A DNA stretch of 64,000 bases from Desulfobacterales bacterium (lineage in GTDB: Bacteria; Desulfobacterota; Desulfobacteria; Desulfobacterales; UBA2174), in the NCBI GenBank assembly GCA_963668645.2, contig CAXXWC010000003.1:384001-448000 (forward strand), given 5' to 3'. The position numbers were made by a program, and so were the translations under genes. The notes under the pieces were generated by a model, which saw nothing but the letters and a program-made list of their open reading frames with translations, ran no database searches and was not told the origin of the DNA. Below are positions 30,262 through 40,483 of this stretch, piece by piece (the first letter of the stretch is position 1; each line of letters starts with the position of its first letter).

Positions 30262-30277
30262 AACAAAAAGCATGCCA
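30262..30277 (-). promoter_or_regulatory. Candidate sigma54 promoter for the minor pilin-pilY1 operon
   Basis: Minus strand TGGCATGCTTTTTGTT versus consensus TGGCACG-N4-TTGC (GT rather than GC at -12). 50 bp upstream of fimU, with an AT-rich tract further upstream. Confidence 0.45.
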
Positions 30278-30547
30278 GAAATCTTAAGACCGCTCAAAAT
30301 CTCTTTGCGGCCGTCAGGCAACCCAAAAACATGTTGTATTTACAGGGAATAAAGCAATGAAGAAGCCACAGGCAAGCATGCCTCGGATGGCAACGGACAT
30401 CCTGGCGAAGGATTCATCTATAAAAATATTTTATAGTTATAAATTTTTTTAATACTGAACCGGTCCCCCAGTATCCATCGCCGCGCGACGGAAAAAATGC
30501 CGGTCGCGCCTTTCCGATTCCGATGAAGATGGCCGGTTGGATGCCGC

Positions 30548-31366
30548 TCAGCACCCTTGAAGATAGGCCACGGCGTTTTGAAAAATCGCCAGCCCCGGGG
30601 TCGGGTTCTCCGGCATGGGGGTACCGGCACGCCGGCATCGATCCTTGACCCGGGCCCAGTCCGGATGGTTGGTCCAGTGATGGTAGGCTTCCGGATGGGG
30701 CATGAGGCCGAAGATCCGTCCGCTCGGATCGCAGATGCCGGCGATATCCGCCAGCGAACCGTTGGGATTGGCAGGAAAAGCGCCTTGGGCCGGCCGGCCC
30801 TGTGCGTCGGCATAGCGCAGCACGACCTGCTTTTCGGCTTCCAGGCGATGGAGGATTTCGGGGGCTGCGACAAACTTCCCCTCTCCATGACGGATGGGCA
30901 GTTCGAGATCGGCAAGACCGCGGGTGAAGATGCACGCATTGCCCTCTTCCACCGCCAGATGGACCCAAGCGTCACGGAAGTTGCCGCAATCGTTGTAGGT
31001 CAGGGCTACGCATCGAGCGGTGTAATCACCGTCCAGACCGGGAAGCAGGCCGAGGTTGACCAGCACCTGGAACCCGTTGCAGATCCCTATTACCAGCTTG
31101 CCGCGGGTAACAAAGGAGAGGATCTGGTCGCCGATCTGGTTTTTCATGCGCACGGCCTGCACCACCCCGGCCCCGTGATCGTCGCCCCAGCTGAACCCGC
31201 CGCCGAAGACCAGAATCTGAAAACGGTCCAGGGTCACCTCTCCGCCGATCAGGGCGTTGATGTGGACCCGCCTGGCGCGGGCCCCGGCCATATTCAGGGT
31301 GTGGGCCGTTTCATGGTCGCAGTTCAATCCGTATCCGGTCAGTACCAGGGCATCGATGGGTGTCAT
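30548..31366 (-). CDS. purQ: FGAM synthase glutaminase subunit PurQ
   Basis: GGFSWGD, GICNGFQ, HGEG, NPNGS, MPHPE. Confidence 0.95.
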   Translation of the reverse strand: MTPIDALVLTGYGLNCDHETAHTLNMAGARARRVHINALIGGEVTLDRFQILVFGGGFSWGDDHGAGVVQAVRMKNQIGDQILSFVTRGKLVIGICNGFQVLVNLGLLPGLDGDYTARCVALTYNDCGNFRDAWVHLAVEEGNACIFTRGLADLELPIRHGEGKFVAAPEILHRLEAEKQVVLRYADAQGRPAQGAFPANPNGSLADIAGICDPSGRIFGLMPHPEAYHHWTNHPDWARVKDRCRRAGTPMPENPTPGLAIFQNAVAYLQGC

Positions 31367-31430
31367 GGAAGCGGTCTCCAGCAAACGGATGGCCCTTAAC
31401 GGAAAAAGGGCCATCACAAAAAATGACAGG

Positions 31431-34424
31431 TTAAATCAGATCATCGAACGGCCGCTTCCAGGTGTCGAGAAGCCGTTCGAGCCCAAGGCGCAGCAGGTCG
31501 CCGCCGCCGGTGCGGACCGCCAGCACCGGATCGGCCTGCACCGTGCCGACCCGGGCCCAGGGCAGGTCTTTGAAAAGAGACTCAAAACGCTCGCGGCAAG
31601 CCTCGTCCACCGTGACGATGAACCTTCCGGCTGATTCGGAAAAAAGCAGCTTGTCGGGCCGCAGTTGCTCCCTGACGGGAACACGGTCCAGATCGATATC
31701 CAACCCGAGTCCGCCGGCCATCGCCACCAGGCAAAAATGCACCCCCAGCCCGCCGCGGTAGACCCCGTGGGCCGAGGCGACCCATCCCTGGCCGATGGCG
31801 CGAGCCAAAGCCTGGTATACGGGCCAGAACCGTTCCGGGGCCGTATGGGGCACCCGGCAGCCGGTATAGCCGAAAAGATCGTAATACTCCGAGCCGCCCA
31901 GTTCGTCTCCGGTTTCTCCCAGCACGTAGACACCGTCGCCCGGGGCCTTGGCATCCATCGTGGTGCAGCCTCGAACATCATCGATGGCACTGACGACGGC
32001 AAACTGAAGGGTGGGCAGGGCGCTGACCTTGTGCCGCTCGCCGAAGCGTCCAGGAAGGTGCCCGTCCACGTACATGCTGTCCTTGCCCGAAAGCAGCGGT
32101 ATGGCGTAGGCCAGGCAGGTGTCGCGCAAGGCCCAGCAGGCGCGCACGAGCTGGGCCGCCTTGAAGCGGCCGTCCGGATTCTTTTCGGCATCGTACTGGA
32201 TGCTGGGCCAGCAGAAGTTGTCCACGCCGCCGATGTGATCCGGATCCCCGCCTACGGCGATCAAACGCCGCACGGCCTCGTCGATGGTGCAGGCCACCAT
32301 GTGATAGGCATCGATGGCCGCATAATGCGGCAACAGGGCCTGGGCGAAGGCCAAACCGCCCTCGGAAGCCAGCACCGGCCGCAGCACGGCCCCATCGCTG
32401 GGCACATCACGCCCGACCCCGACCAGGGGTTTGATGACGCTGGTACCCTGGACTTCGTGGTCGTACTGGCGCACGATCCAGTTCTTGGCGCAGATGTTGG
32501 GCCTGGCGAGCATCGCCAGCATCAGGCCTTCGTAGTCGGCCGGTTCGGCAAGCACCGGTTCGCTCAACCCGCGCAAGGCCGGAGACTGCCAGTGGGCATC
32601 GAAGGTCCACTGGGGAAACCCCGATTCGAGCAGGGACAGGTCCACATAGGCGCAGGTTTTGCCCTCGTAGCGGATCTGCAGCTTGCCCGTATCGGCATAA
32701 CGGCCGATAACGGTGCTTTCTACCGCGTGCTGCCGTGAAAGGGCGAGAAAGCGCTCGACGTCCCCGGGCGCCACCGCCACGGTCATGCGCTCCTGGGATT
32801 CGCTGACCCAGATCTCCCACTGGTCCAGTCCCGCATACTTGAGCGGCACCTTCTCCAGGTCGATCTGCACCCCGTTGGCAAAGAGGGCCGATTCGCCCAC
32901 CGAGGAGGAGAGCCCCCCACCGCCGTTGTCGGTGACGAATCGGATCAGGCCGGCATCCCGGGCCTCGAGCAGGAAATCATGCATTTTTTTCTGGGTGTAA
33001 GGATCGCCGATCTGGACGTGGCCCGCCGGGGTATGCTCGGAAAAGACTTCCGATGAAGCGGTCACACCGTGGATCCCGTCCTTGCCCACGCGCCCCCCGC
33101 ACATGATCACCATGTCTCCGGGCGAAGTGGTCTTGCTCTCGGAGGCCCCGCCTGCCACCATGGCCGGCATGACTCCCAGGGCGGTAACGAAGACCAGGCA
33201 CTTGCCCAGATAGCCGGGATGAAAGAGAACCTGGCCGAATGGGGTAGGAACCCCGCTCTTGTTGCCGCCGTCGCGCACCCCCTCGATCACCCCGTCCAGG
33301 AGCCGCCGCGGATGGAGCCGGGGCACCAGGTCCCCGGCATAATCATAAGGCCCCACGCAGTAGCCATAGGCGCCCATGATCAGGCGTGATCCGAGCCCGG
33401 TGCCCATGGGATCGCGGTAGACCCCCACGATTCCCGTGATCGCCCCGCCGTAGGCCTCCATGTTGGATGGGCTGTTATGGGTCTCGCCGGTGATCGTATA
33501 GTAGTGGTCCGCGTCCAGGCGCCCTACCCCGGCGTTGTCCCAGAGCACCGAGACGACCCAGTCTTTTTTGCGCTTCAGGGCCAGGGTCGGAGCTTCGATG
33601 CAGGTCTTGAAAAGATTGTCCACCGTCTCGGCCTGCCCCGTCTCCAGATCGAGGTAGCGGTAAAGGCCGCGAAACGTATTGTGGTTGCAGTGGTCACTGC
33701 GGGCCTGGGAGATGTATTCGAGTTCGATGTCGGTGGGATCCTGGAGCCCCATCTCCCGGCGGGCCGCCAGCACTTTCGGATTGCGAAAGTAGGCCCGGAT
33801 GGTCGGAATGTCGTTGGGGTTGAGCGCCAGGCCGCGCGCATCGCTGATCTGGCCCAGCTGGGCATCGCTGTCGATGGGCAGCTCGGCCACCGTGGGAGTA
33901 TGGTCCAGAATGACCTTGGGAATAATGATCCCGATCCCTTGGGTCGGATCCCACTTGCTGCGGTTGAAAACGCGCCACTGCTGGATGATGTCGTTGGCCA
34001 AGAGCTGGCCGGCGATGCGGTCTAGATCCGCGCGCTCCAGCCCGGCGGCACGGATGCAGTATCGCCGGGACGTATAGACCGCTTCATGGGGGGCCAAACG
34101 AATGCCTAAACAGTCCTCGATCGCCTCGACCGCCGTGGCGCCCGGGTTGTCCCGCACCCCGGGCCGGTAGCCGACCCAGATGACCCAATCGAACGGTTCG
34201 TCCAGCGGGGTAAAGGCCGACACCTGGGTTACCGGGTTGGTGAAGACCTCGCTGCGGACCTGCTCCAGTTGGCTGGGGCTCAGGTCGGCATCGATGGTCA
34301 GCACCTGGATGGCACGCACCCGGTCGAGGGTCAAACCGAAATAGGCCTTGGCCTTGCGGCGCAGGGCCTCTCCCTCGGCGTCGAAAAGTTCTGGTTTAAG
34401 TGTAATTTCCAATCGATGCGGCAT
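31431..34424 (-). CDS. purL: FGAM synthase PurL with fused N-terminal PurS-like domains
   Basis: SDHCNH, ETHNSPS, GAITGIVG, DNGGGG, SESQERM, SGKDS. About 180-aa PurS-like N-terminus. Confidence 0.95.
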   Translation of the reverse strand: MPHRLEITLKPELFDAEGEALRRKAKAYFGLTLDRVRAIQVLTIDADLSPSQLEQVRSEVFTNPVTQVSAFTPLDEPFDWVIWVGYRPGVRDNPGATAVEAIEDCLGIRLAPHEAVYTSRRYCIRAAGLERADLDRIAGQLLANDIIQQWRVFNRSKWDPTQGIGIIIPKVILDHTPTVAELPIDSDAQLGQISDARGLALNPNDIPTIRAYFRNPKVLAARREMGLQDPTDIELEYISQARSDHCNHNTFRGLYRYLDLETGQAETVDNLFKTCIEAPTLALKRKKDWVVSVLWDNAGVGRLDADHYYTITGETHNSPSNMEAYGGAITGIVGVYRDPMGTGLGSRLIMGAYGYCVGPYDYAGDLVPRLHPRRLLDGVIEGVRDGGNKSGVPTPFGQVLFHPGYLGKCLVFVTALGVMPAMVAGGASESKTTSPGDMVIMCGGRVGKDGIHGVTASSEVFSEHTPAGHVQIGDPYTQKKMHDFLLEARDAGLIRFVTDNGGGGLSSSVGESALFANGVQIDLEKVPLKYAGLDQWEIWVSESQERMTVAVAPGDVERFLALSRQHAVESTVIGRYADTGKLQIRYEGKTCAYVDLSLLESGFPQWTFDAHWQSPALRGLSEPVLAEPADYEGLMLAMLARPNICAKNWIVRQYDHEVQGTSVIKPLVGVGRDVPSDGAVLRPVLASEGGLAFAQALLPHYAAIDAYHMVACTIDEAVRRLIAVGGDPDHIGGVDNFCWPSIQYDAEKNPDGRFKAAQLVRACWALRDTCLAYAIPLLSGKDSMYVDGHLPGRFGERHKVSALPTLQFAVVSAIDDVRGCTTMDAKAPGDGVYVLGETGDELGGSEYYDLFGYTGCRVPHTAPERFWPVYQALARAIGQGWVASAHGVYRGGLGVHFCLVAMAGGLGLDIDLDRVPVREQLRPDKLLFSESAGRFIVTVDEACRERFESLFKDLPWARVGTVQADPVLAVRTGGGDLLRLGLERLLDTWKRPFDDLI

Positions 34425-34658
34425 GTCACGCTTCCAAGTCAAGGGGGTGCCCCGCCTTGGGCGGGATTTGTATGGCCATCAAGACAAAAGTCTTTAACGA
34501 GGCAAAACAGGGCCGAAACACGAATATGCGTAGACTGGCTTATATCCCAAGGGAGCCCTTGCAATCAAGCCGGAGTTGGAAAGCATGGCGAAACAAGTTG
34601 GGCGGCCAGTGGCAAAATGCCGTTCCGATCGGCATGGAGACGGTTGTGGCGGTCTGGG

Positions 34659-35726
34659 TCAGTTGAAGGCGATGCGCACGATGTCGTTGTAAAACACCAG
34701 CACCATGAGCAGCATCAGCAGGAACATCCCGGCCTGCTGGGCCACCTCGCGCACCCGGATGCTCACCGGCCTGCCGCGCAGGGCCTCGATGGCGAAAAAG
34801 AGCAGGTGCCCCCCGTCGAGGACCGGGATGGGAAGGAAATTGAGAATCGCCAGATTGACGCTGATCAGGGCAGTAAAAAACATCAGGTTGACCAATCCTT
34901 CCCGTGCCTGCTGGCCTGCCATCTCGGCGATCATGATCGGCCCGCCGAGAGTCTTGGCCGACAAGGTCCCGGTAATGATCTTGGCCACGCTGACCACGGT
35001 CAGTTTGGTGATGGTGTAGGTCTGGGTGAAGGCCGCCGCGACGGCCGCGAAAGGTCCGACGCGCCGGGTTTCGATTTCTCCGGCGGCCGTGATCCCGATG
35101 ACGTAGCGGTCCTGGGATTCACCGAAAAGGTTCGGTGTTTGACGCACTTCGGGCTGGATCGGCACCGTCCGGATCTCACCCTCACGCCGGTAGGCCACAT
35201 CGAGCCGGCGGCCCTGGCTTGCGCCGATCAGACGCGCCATCTGCTCCCAATCGGCCACCGGCGTTCGGTCAATGGCCACGATGCGATCCCCCTGGCGCAA
35301 CCCGGCCTGGGCGGCCGGGGAAGCGGCCGTAACTTGGCCCACGGTGGGCAGCAGGATCGTCATGCCTGCGATTTGAAAAACCAGATAAAAGATCACGACT
35401 GCCAGCAGGAGATTAAAAAAGGGACCGGCACCCACGATGGCCATGCGCTGAATAACCGGTTTGTGGGTAAACGACAGGGGAATTTCGTCAGGATCGATGG
35501 GGCTGTCAGGCTCCTCCCCCACCATTTTGACGTAGCCGCCCAGGGGAATGGCCGAAATACGATAGTCGGTCCGCCCCACCCGCCGGCCGGCCAACCGCGG
35601 TCCGAACCCGAGAGAAAACTTCTCCACCCCGACCCCGAAAAGCCGCGCCACCAGAAAATGGCCCAACTCGTGAAAGAAGATCAGCACGCCCAGAACCACC
35701 ACGAATGCCAGAATGCTTACACTCAT
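34659..35726 (-). CDS. rseP: RIP metalloprotease RseP
   Basis: HELGH, PDZ domain, NFLPIPVLDGGH. Confidence 0.97.
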   Translation of the reverse strand: MSVSILAFVVVLGVLIFFHELGHFLVARLFGVGVEKFSLGFGPRLAGRRVGRTDYRISAIPLGGYVKMVGEEPDSPIDPDEIPLSFTHKPVIQRMAIVGAGPFFNLLLAVVIFYLVFQIAGMTILLPTVGQVTAASPAAQAGLRQGDRIVAIDRTPVADWEQMARLIGASQGRRLDVAYRREGEIRTVPIQPEVRQTPNLFGESQDRYVIGITAAGEIETRRVGPFAAVAAAFTQTYTITKLTVVSVAKIITGTLSAKTLGGPIMIAEMAGQQAREGLVNLMFFTALISVNLAILNFLPIPVLDGGHLLFFAIEALRGRPVSIRVREVAQQAGMFLLMLLMVLVFYNDIVRIAFN

Positions 35727-36889
35727 CGTAATTTTCCGATATGTTCGGCGGTCCAGCGCCGGGCCCAGCCGTCGGCCGCCAGTATTTCGTCCAGATCACT
35801 GCCAGAACCGGGCCGGTGGGCTTCAAGGGCACCGGCCACGCAGCGGGCGATCGCGGTGAAAGCGATGCGCCGATCCAAAAAGGCCTCAACCGCCACCTCG
35901 TTGGCCGCGTTGAGCACAGCCGGCAGCGTCCCTCCGGCCCGACCGGCCCCAAAGGCCAGATCCAGGCAGGGAAAACGCGACAGATCCGGAGCTTCGAAGG
36001 TTAAAGCCTCCATGGCAGCCCAGTCGGGAAGGGCCTGGTGCAACGCCATACGTTCAGGGTAGGACAGGGCGTAGGCGATGGCCGTGCGCATATCGGGAAT
36101 CCCGAGTTGGGCCATGACGGATCCGTCCCGGAAGGCCACCATCGAATGGATGATGCTCTGGGGATGGACCACCACCTCGATGCGATCGAGGGCGAGACCG
36201 AAAAGATGACCGGCCTCGATCACTTCGAGTCCTTTGTTCATCAAAGTGGCCGAATCGATGGTGATCTTGGCGCCCATCTGCCAATTGGGATGGCGCAGGG
36301 CTTCTTGGGGCCCGATGGCGTCGAACCGCTCGGCCGGCCACGTGCGGAAAGGGCCGCCGGAGGCGGTCAGCAGGATCCGATCCACGTCTGCCGACCGATT
36401 GCCGGCCAGACATTGAAAAATGGCGCTGTGTTCACTGTCGATGGGCAAGAGCCTCACCCGGCGGGCCTTGATCCGCTCCATGACCAGGTCACCGGCCATA
36501 ACCAAGGTTTCCTTGTTGGCCAGGGCTACATCGCGGCCGGCCTCGATAGCCGCCAGGGTCGGCATCAGACCGGCCGCCCCCACCATGGCGGCCACCACCG
36601 TATCGGCCTCGATCCGGGCGGCGGTGCAGTACCCTTCCGCTCCTTGGGCGATCGTCACATCCAGGTCCCGGGGAAGCTGCCGGTGCAGGGCATCGGCCCC
36701 CTCGGCATCCAAAACCACCGCCAGCTCGGGTCGAAAGGCAATGACCTGCTGTGCCAGGCGTTCAATGTTGCGGGCCGCGGTCAGCGCCCGCACCACAAAG
36801 CGCTCCGGAAAACGGGCCACGACATCGAGCGTGCTCGTGCCGATGGAACCGGTGGAACCGAGGATTGTAAGGCGTTTTGGGGTTGACAT
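35723..36889 (-). CDS. dxr: 1-deoxy-D-xylulose-5-phosphate reductoisomerase
   Basis: LGSTGSIG, LANKE, DSEHSA, HPNWQMGAKITIDSAT. Confidence 0.98.
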   Translation of the reverse strand: MSTPKRLTILGSTGSIGTSTLDVVARFPERFVVRALTAARNIERLAQQVIAFRPELAVVLDAEGADALHRQLPRDLDVTIAQGAEGYCTAARIEADTVVAAMVGAAGLMPTLAAIEAGRDVALANKETLVMAGDLVMERIKARRVRLLPIDSEHSAIFQCLAGNRSADVDRILLTASGGPFRTWPAERFDAIGPQEALRHPNWQMGAKITIDSATLMNKGLEVIEAGHLFGLALDRIEVVVHPQSIIHSMVAFRDGSVMAQLGIPDMRTAIAYALSYPERMALHQALPDWAAMEALTFEAPDLSRFPCLDLAFGAGRAGGTLPAVLNAANEVAVEAFLDRRIAFTAIARCVAGALEAHRPGSGSDLDEILAADGWARRWTAEHIGKLR

Positions 36890-36907
36890 GGCCTTATCTG
36901 GAAGTGA

Positions 36908-37717
36908 TCAGAATATAAAGGACCGAAAGATGTAGACCACAGGTATGGCGAACAGCAGGGCGTCGATGCGATCGAGCATCCCGCCGTGGCCCGGCAGGAT
37001 GCTGCCAGAGTCCTTGATCCCGCCGATGCGCTTGAGCATCGATTCAAATAAATCGCCGAAAGGTGCCACCACGCCGACGAGCAGCACCAGCACCAGCGTG
37101 GTGTCCCAGGGAAGGCCGGGCAAAAACAGGGCCTTGAAAACAGCCCCCACGATCAGACTGGCGCCCAGTCCGCCCAGGGCACCCTCGATTGTCTTTTTGG
37201 GGCTGACATTCGGGCACAGCTTATGACGCCCGAGGTACGAGCCGGCGTAAAAAGCGCCGATGTCGCCGACAAAAACCAAAAAGAGGAGCCAGAAGACCCA
37301 GGCGATGCCCGAAGGGCCTTTGCGGATCAGCACGACCAGCGCCAGCGGGAGGGCGATATAGACGATGCCGAACACTTGACGCGCGACGCGGCCGACGGCC
37401 ACCGGCCGGCCCAGAGCGTATCCCATGGTCTGGACGATGCCCACCGCGATCAGGCTCAAGCCCACGGCGCCGGCAATCAAGGCCGGAGCGTTCAGTTGAG
37501 CGCAGAGTACGACGATCGCCCCCAGGGCCAGAACCATCATGGAAGATAGATTGCGATGGGTCCCGGGCGCGTCGGTGGACACGATGCGCAGATATTCGTA
37601 GAGGCTCATAAGGCAGACCGCCACCACGAAAAGTGCCAGAGGCAGTTCACCGACCCAGATAAAAAAGATAAGGGCCGGCAGCAACGCTAACCCGGTGATC
37701 CAACGCATGCGGTGCAT
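36908..37717 (-). CDS. cdsA: Phosphatidate cytidylyltransferase
   Basis: Multi-TM protein with SPKKTIEG and GDLFESMLKR...KDSG...PGHGGMLDRID. Confidence 0.96.
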   Translation of the reverse strand: MHRMRWITGLALLPALIFFIWVGELPLALFVVAVCLMSLYEYLRIVSTDAPGTHRNLSSMMVLALGAIVVLCAQLNAPALIAGAVGLSLIAVGIVQTMGYALGRPVAVGRVARQVFGIVYIALPLALVVLIRKGPSGIAWVFWLLFLVFVGDIGAFYAGSYLGRHKLCPNVSPKKTIEGALGGLGASLIVGAVFKALFLPGLPWDTTLVLVLLVGVVAPFGDLFESMLKRIGGIKDSGSILPGHGGMLDRIDALLFAIPVVYIFRSFIF

Positions 37718-37723
37718 GGGGCT

Positions 37724-38470
37724 TCAGACCCGGCCAAAACGCCGCTCCCGGCGCTGGAAGGCGTTGAGAATGGCAGTGAATTCGTCGACGGAAAAATCCG
37801 GCCAGAGGGTGTCGGTGAAAAAAATTTCACTGTAGGCGATCTGCCAGAGGAGAAAATTACTGATGCGCATCTCACCGCTGGTGCGGATCATCAGATCCGG
37901 ATCCGGCATGTCGGCGGTAAACAGACGGGCGGCAACCCGCTTTTCGTCGATCTGATCGATGCTCAACTGGCCGCCGGCCACCTCTTGCACCAGGTCCCGG
38001 ACCATGGCCGTGATTTCGCTTCGGCCGCCGTAGCTCAGGGCCAGGACCAGCGTCATGCCATCGTTGGCTTGAGTCTGCCGGCATACCCGCTCAACGGCGT
38101 TGCGGGTGGCGGCCGGCAGCCGCTGCGGCTGGCCGATAACGCGCAGCCGGATTTTGTTTTCCATCATCTGCTGCGCTTCGCTGGCCAGGAAGCGCTCGAG
38201 CAACTTCATCAGCGCCTCGATTTCGGCGGCCGGGCGCTCCCAGTTTTCCGTGGAAAAGGCGTAGAGGGTCAGGTACCGGATACCCAGCTCACGGCTGGCC
38301 CGCACGATGCGACGCACCGCTTCGGCCCCCTGTTCATGGCCGCGCACCCGGTTGAGCAATCGTTTACGCGCCCAGCGCCCGTTGCCGTCCATGATGATGG
38401 CCACGTGCACCGGCAACCGCCCGGCCTCCATATCCACCGCAGCAGCGGCGGTTTGGGGGTCAGAACTCAA
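37724..38470 (-). CDS. uppS: Undecaprenyl diphosphate synthase
   Basis: HVAIIMDGNGRWA, FSTENW, IRTSGEMRISNFLLWQ. Confidence 0.97.
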   Translation of the reverse strand: MSSDPQTAAAAVDMEAGRLPVHVAIIMDGNGRWARKRLLNRVRGHEQGAEAVRRIVRASRELGIRYLTLYAFSTENWERPAAEIEALMKLLERFLASEAQQMMENKIRLRVIGQPQRLPAATRNAVERVCRQTQANDGMTLVLALSYGGRSEITAMVRDLVQEVAGGQLSIDQIDEKRVAARLFTADMPDPDLMIRTSGEMRISNFLLWQIAYSEIFFTDTLWPDFSVDEFTAILNAFQRRERRFGRV

Positions 38471-39017
38471 GGATTTCCTTTTCTTTGACCTTGATGGTCT
38501 CGTCGATGCGTTTGATAAATTCGTCGGTGATCTTTTGGACCTCGTCCTGAGCCTTGAAAGCCTCGTCTTCGCTGATGTCCCCGTCCTTTTTAAAGGACTT
38601 GAGCATCTCGTTGGTGTCGCGCCGGATGTTGCGCACCGCCACTTTATGGTCTTCGCTCATCTTGTAGACCACCTTGACCAGTTGTTTACGGCGCTCCTCG
38701 GTCAAAGGCGGGATGGCAATCCGCACCACCTTGCCGTCCGAAGAAGGGGTCAAGCCGAGATCGCTTTTAAGCAGAGCCTTTTCGATCTCTTTGATGACGG
38801 ACGTGTCCCATGGTTGGATGACGATCAGGCGGCTTTCCGGGATTGAAAGCGAGGCCATCTGGTTCAGCGCTGTCGGGGTTCCGTAATAATCGACCCGAAT
38901 TCCGTCAAGAAGGCTGAGTGAAGCGCGTCCGGTGCGGACTCGATTCAACTCGTGCTTCAACGCCTCGATGGTCTTTGCCATCCGATCCCGGGTTTCTTCG
39001 TAGAGTTCCTCAATCAT
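38460..39017 (-). CDS. frr: Ribosome recycling factor
   Basis: RTGRAS, YYG, PPLTEERRK, VRNIRR. Confidence 0.98.
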   Translation of the reverse strand: MIEELYEETRDRMAKTIEALKHELNRVRTGRASLSLLDGIRVDYYGTPTALNQMASLSIPESRLIVIQPWDTSVIKEIEKALLKSDLGLTPSSDGKVVRIAIPPLTEERRKQLVKVVYKMSEDHKVAVRNIRRDTNEMLKSFKKDGDISEDEAFKAQDEVQKITDEFIKRIDETIKVKEKEILEF

Positions 39018-39060
39018 TGCGCGTCACGCTCCTGGTCCGGGCAATCCCCTTGGATATGGA

Positions 39061-39801
39061 TCAGACGCCGGCAGCGGCCGCCCGCCGGCTCTCGATCAGT
39101 GTGCCGACCGTCTCACCGCAGACCACCTTGCAGATATTGCCCGGGTTTTTGAGATTGAAGATCGCCAGCGGCAATCCGTTGTCCATGGCCAGCGAGATGG
39201 CGGTCATGTCCATGACCTTGAGCTGTTTTTCCAGCACATCCATATAATCCACATGGCGCAGGAAGCAAGCGTTGGAATCGACCATCGGATCCCGGTCATA
39301 GAGGCCGTCGACCTTGGTCGCCTTGAGAAGAATCTCGGCGTGAATTTCTTCGGCGCGCAAGACTGCTGCCGTATCGGTGGTAAAGTAAGGATTGCCCGTG
39401 CCGGCGGCAAAAATCACCACCCGTCCCTTTTCCAGATGGCGCACCGCCCGGCGCAGGATATACGGCTCGGCCACCTCATGCATGTTGATAGCCGACTGGA
39501 CCCGGGTCTGAATCCCGCTGCGCTCCAGCGCGTCCTGAAGTGCCAGGCTGTTGATCACCGTGGCCAGCATCCCCATATGGTCGGCCGAGGCGCGGTCCAT
39601 GTTGTAAGAGCTGGCGGCAATTCCACGGAAGATATTGCCGCCCCCCACCACCACGGCCACCTGCACGCCGAGGCAATGCACCGTCTGGATTTCGTCGGCC
39701 ACATAGTCCAGAACCTCAGGACTGATCCCGAAATTCTGGTCTCCCATCAGGGCTTCCCCGCTGAGCTTGAGCAGGATTCGTTGGTAGCAGGGTTTATCCA
39801 C
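39061..39801 (-). CDS. pyrH: UMP kinase
   Basis: [27 protein letters not shown]. Confidence 0.98.
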   Translation of the reverse strand: MDKPCYQRILLKLSGEALMGDQNFGISPEVLDYVADEIQTVHCLGVQVAVVVGGGNIFRGIAASSYNMDRASADHMGMLATVINSLALQDALERSGIQTRVQSAINMHEVAEPYILRRAVRHLEKGRVVIFAAGTGNPYFTTDTAAVLRAEEIHAEILLKATKVDGLYDRDPMVDSNACFLRHVDYMDVLEKQLKVMDMTAISLAMDNGLPLAIFNLKNPGNICKVVCGETVGTLIESRRAAAAGV

Positions 39802-39807
39802 GCTGCC

Positions 39808-40404
39808 TTACTCCCCGACCTGAAAACGGACAAAGCGTTTGACGGTAATGTTCTCGCCGATCTTGGCAATCAGTTGGTTGAGATAGTCGGCGATGCTGAT
39901 TTCCGGATTCTTCACATAGGGCTGATCCATCAGGCAGTTGTCCTTGAAAAACTTGCTCAACTTGCCCTCGACGATCTTGTCGATCATCTTTTCCGGCTTT
40001 CCCGCCTCAAGGGCTTGGCCCCGGTAGATCTCCCGCTCGCGCTGGATGGCATCCTCGGGGACGTCCTCGGCGCGGATCCCCACCGGATTGGTGGCGGCGA
40101 TATGCATGGCGATGTTTTTGGCAAATTCCTGAAAATCTTCATTGCGGGCCACGAAATCGGTCTCGCAGTCGATCTCCACCATCACCCCGAGCTTGCTCCC
40201 GGTGTGGATATAGCTGTGGATAACGCCTTCGCTCAAGGTCCTGCCAGCCCGTTTGGCTGCGGTGGCCAACCCTTTCTTGCGCAGGTAGTCGACCGCCTTT
40301 TCCATGTCGCCTTCACAGGCGCCCAGAGCTTCCTTGCAATCCATCATGCCGGCCCCTGTCTTGGCCCGCAACTCTTTGACCATACTTGCACTGATCGCTG
40401 TCAT
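39808..40404 (-). CDS. tsf: Elongation factor Ts (short form)
   Basis: VKELRAKTGAGMMDCK, ETDFVA. 198 aa. Confidence 0.97.
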   Translation of the reverse strand: MTAISASMVKELRAKTGAGMMDCKEALGACEGDMEKAVDYLRKKGLATAAKRAGRTLSEGVIHSYIHTGSKLGVMVEIDCETDFVARNEDFQEFAKNIAMHIAATNPVGIRAEDVPEDAIQREREIYRGQALEAGKPEKMIDKIVEGKLSKFFKDNCLMDQPYVKNPEISIADYLNQLIAKIGENITVKRFVRFQVGE

Positions 40405-40483
40405 AACGTGATTCTCCCCTCCATGACGCCCGTCCTGATTATGGCCCGGACGTGTAATCTCTTATCATCGCGCCATCCGCAGT

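Noticed and set aside
33880..34424. Extra N-terminal region of PurL; also the short 198-aa EF-Ts at 39808-40404
   Set aside because: PurS-PurL fusions and short EF-Ts are known lineage variants, not novel.
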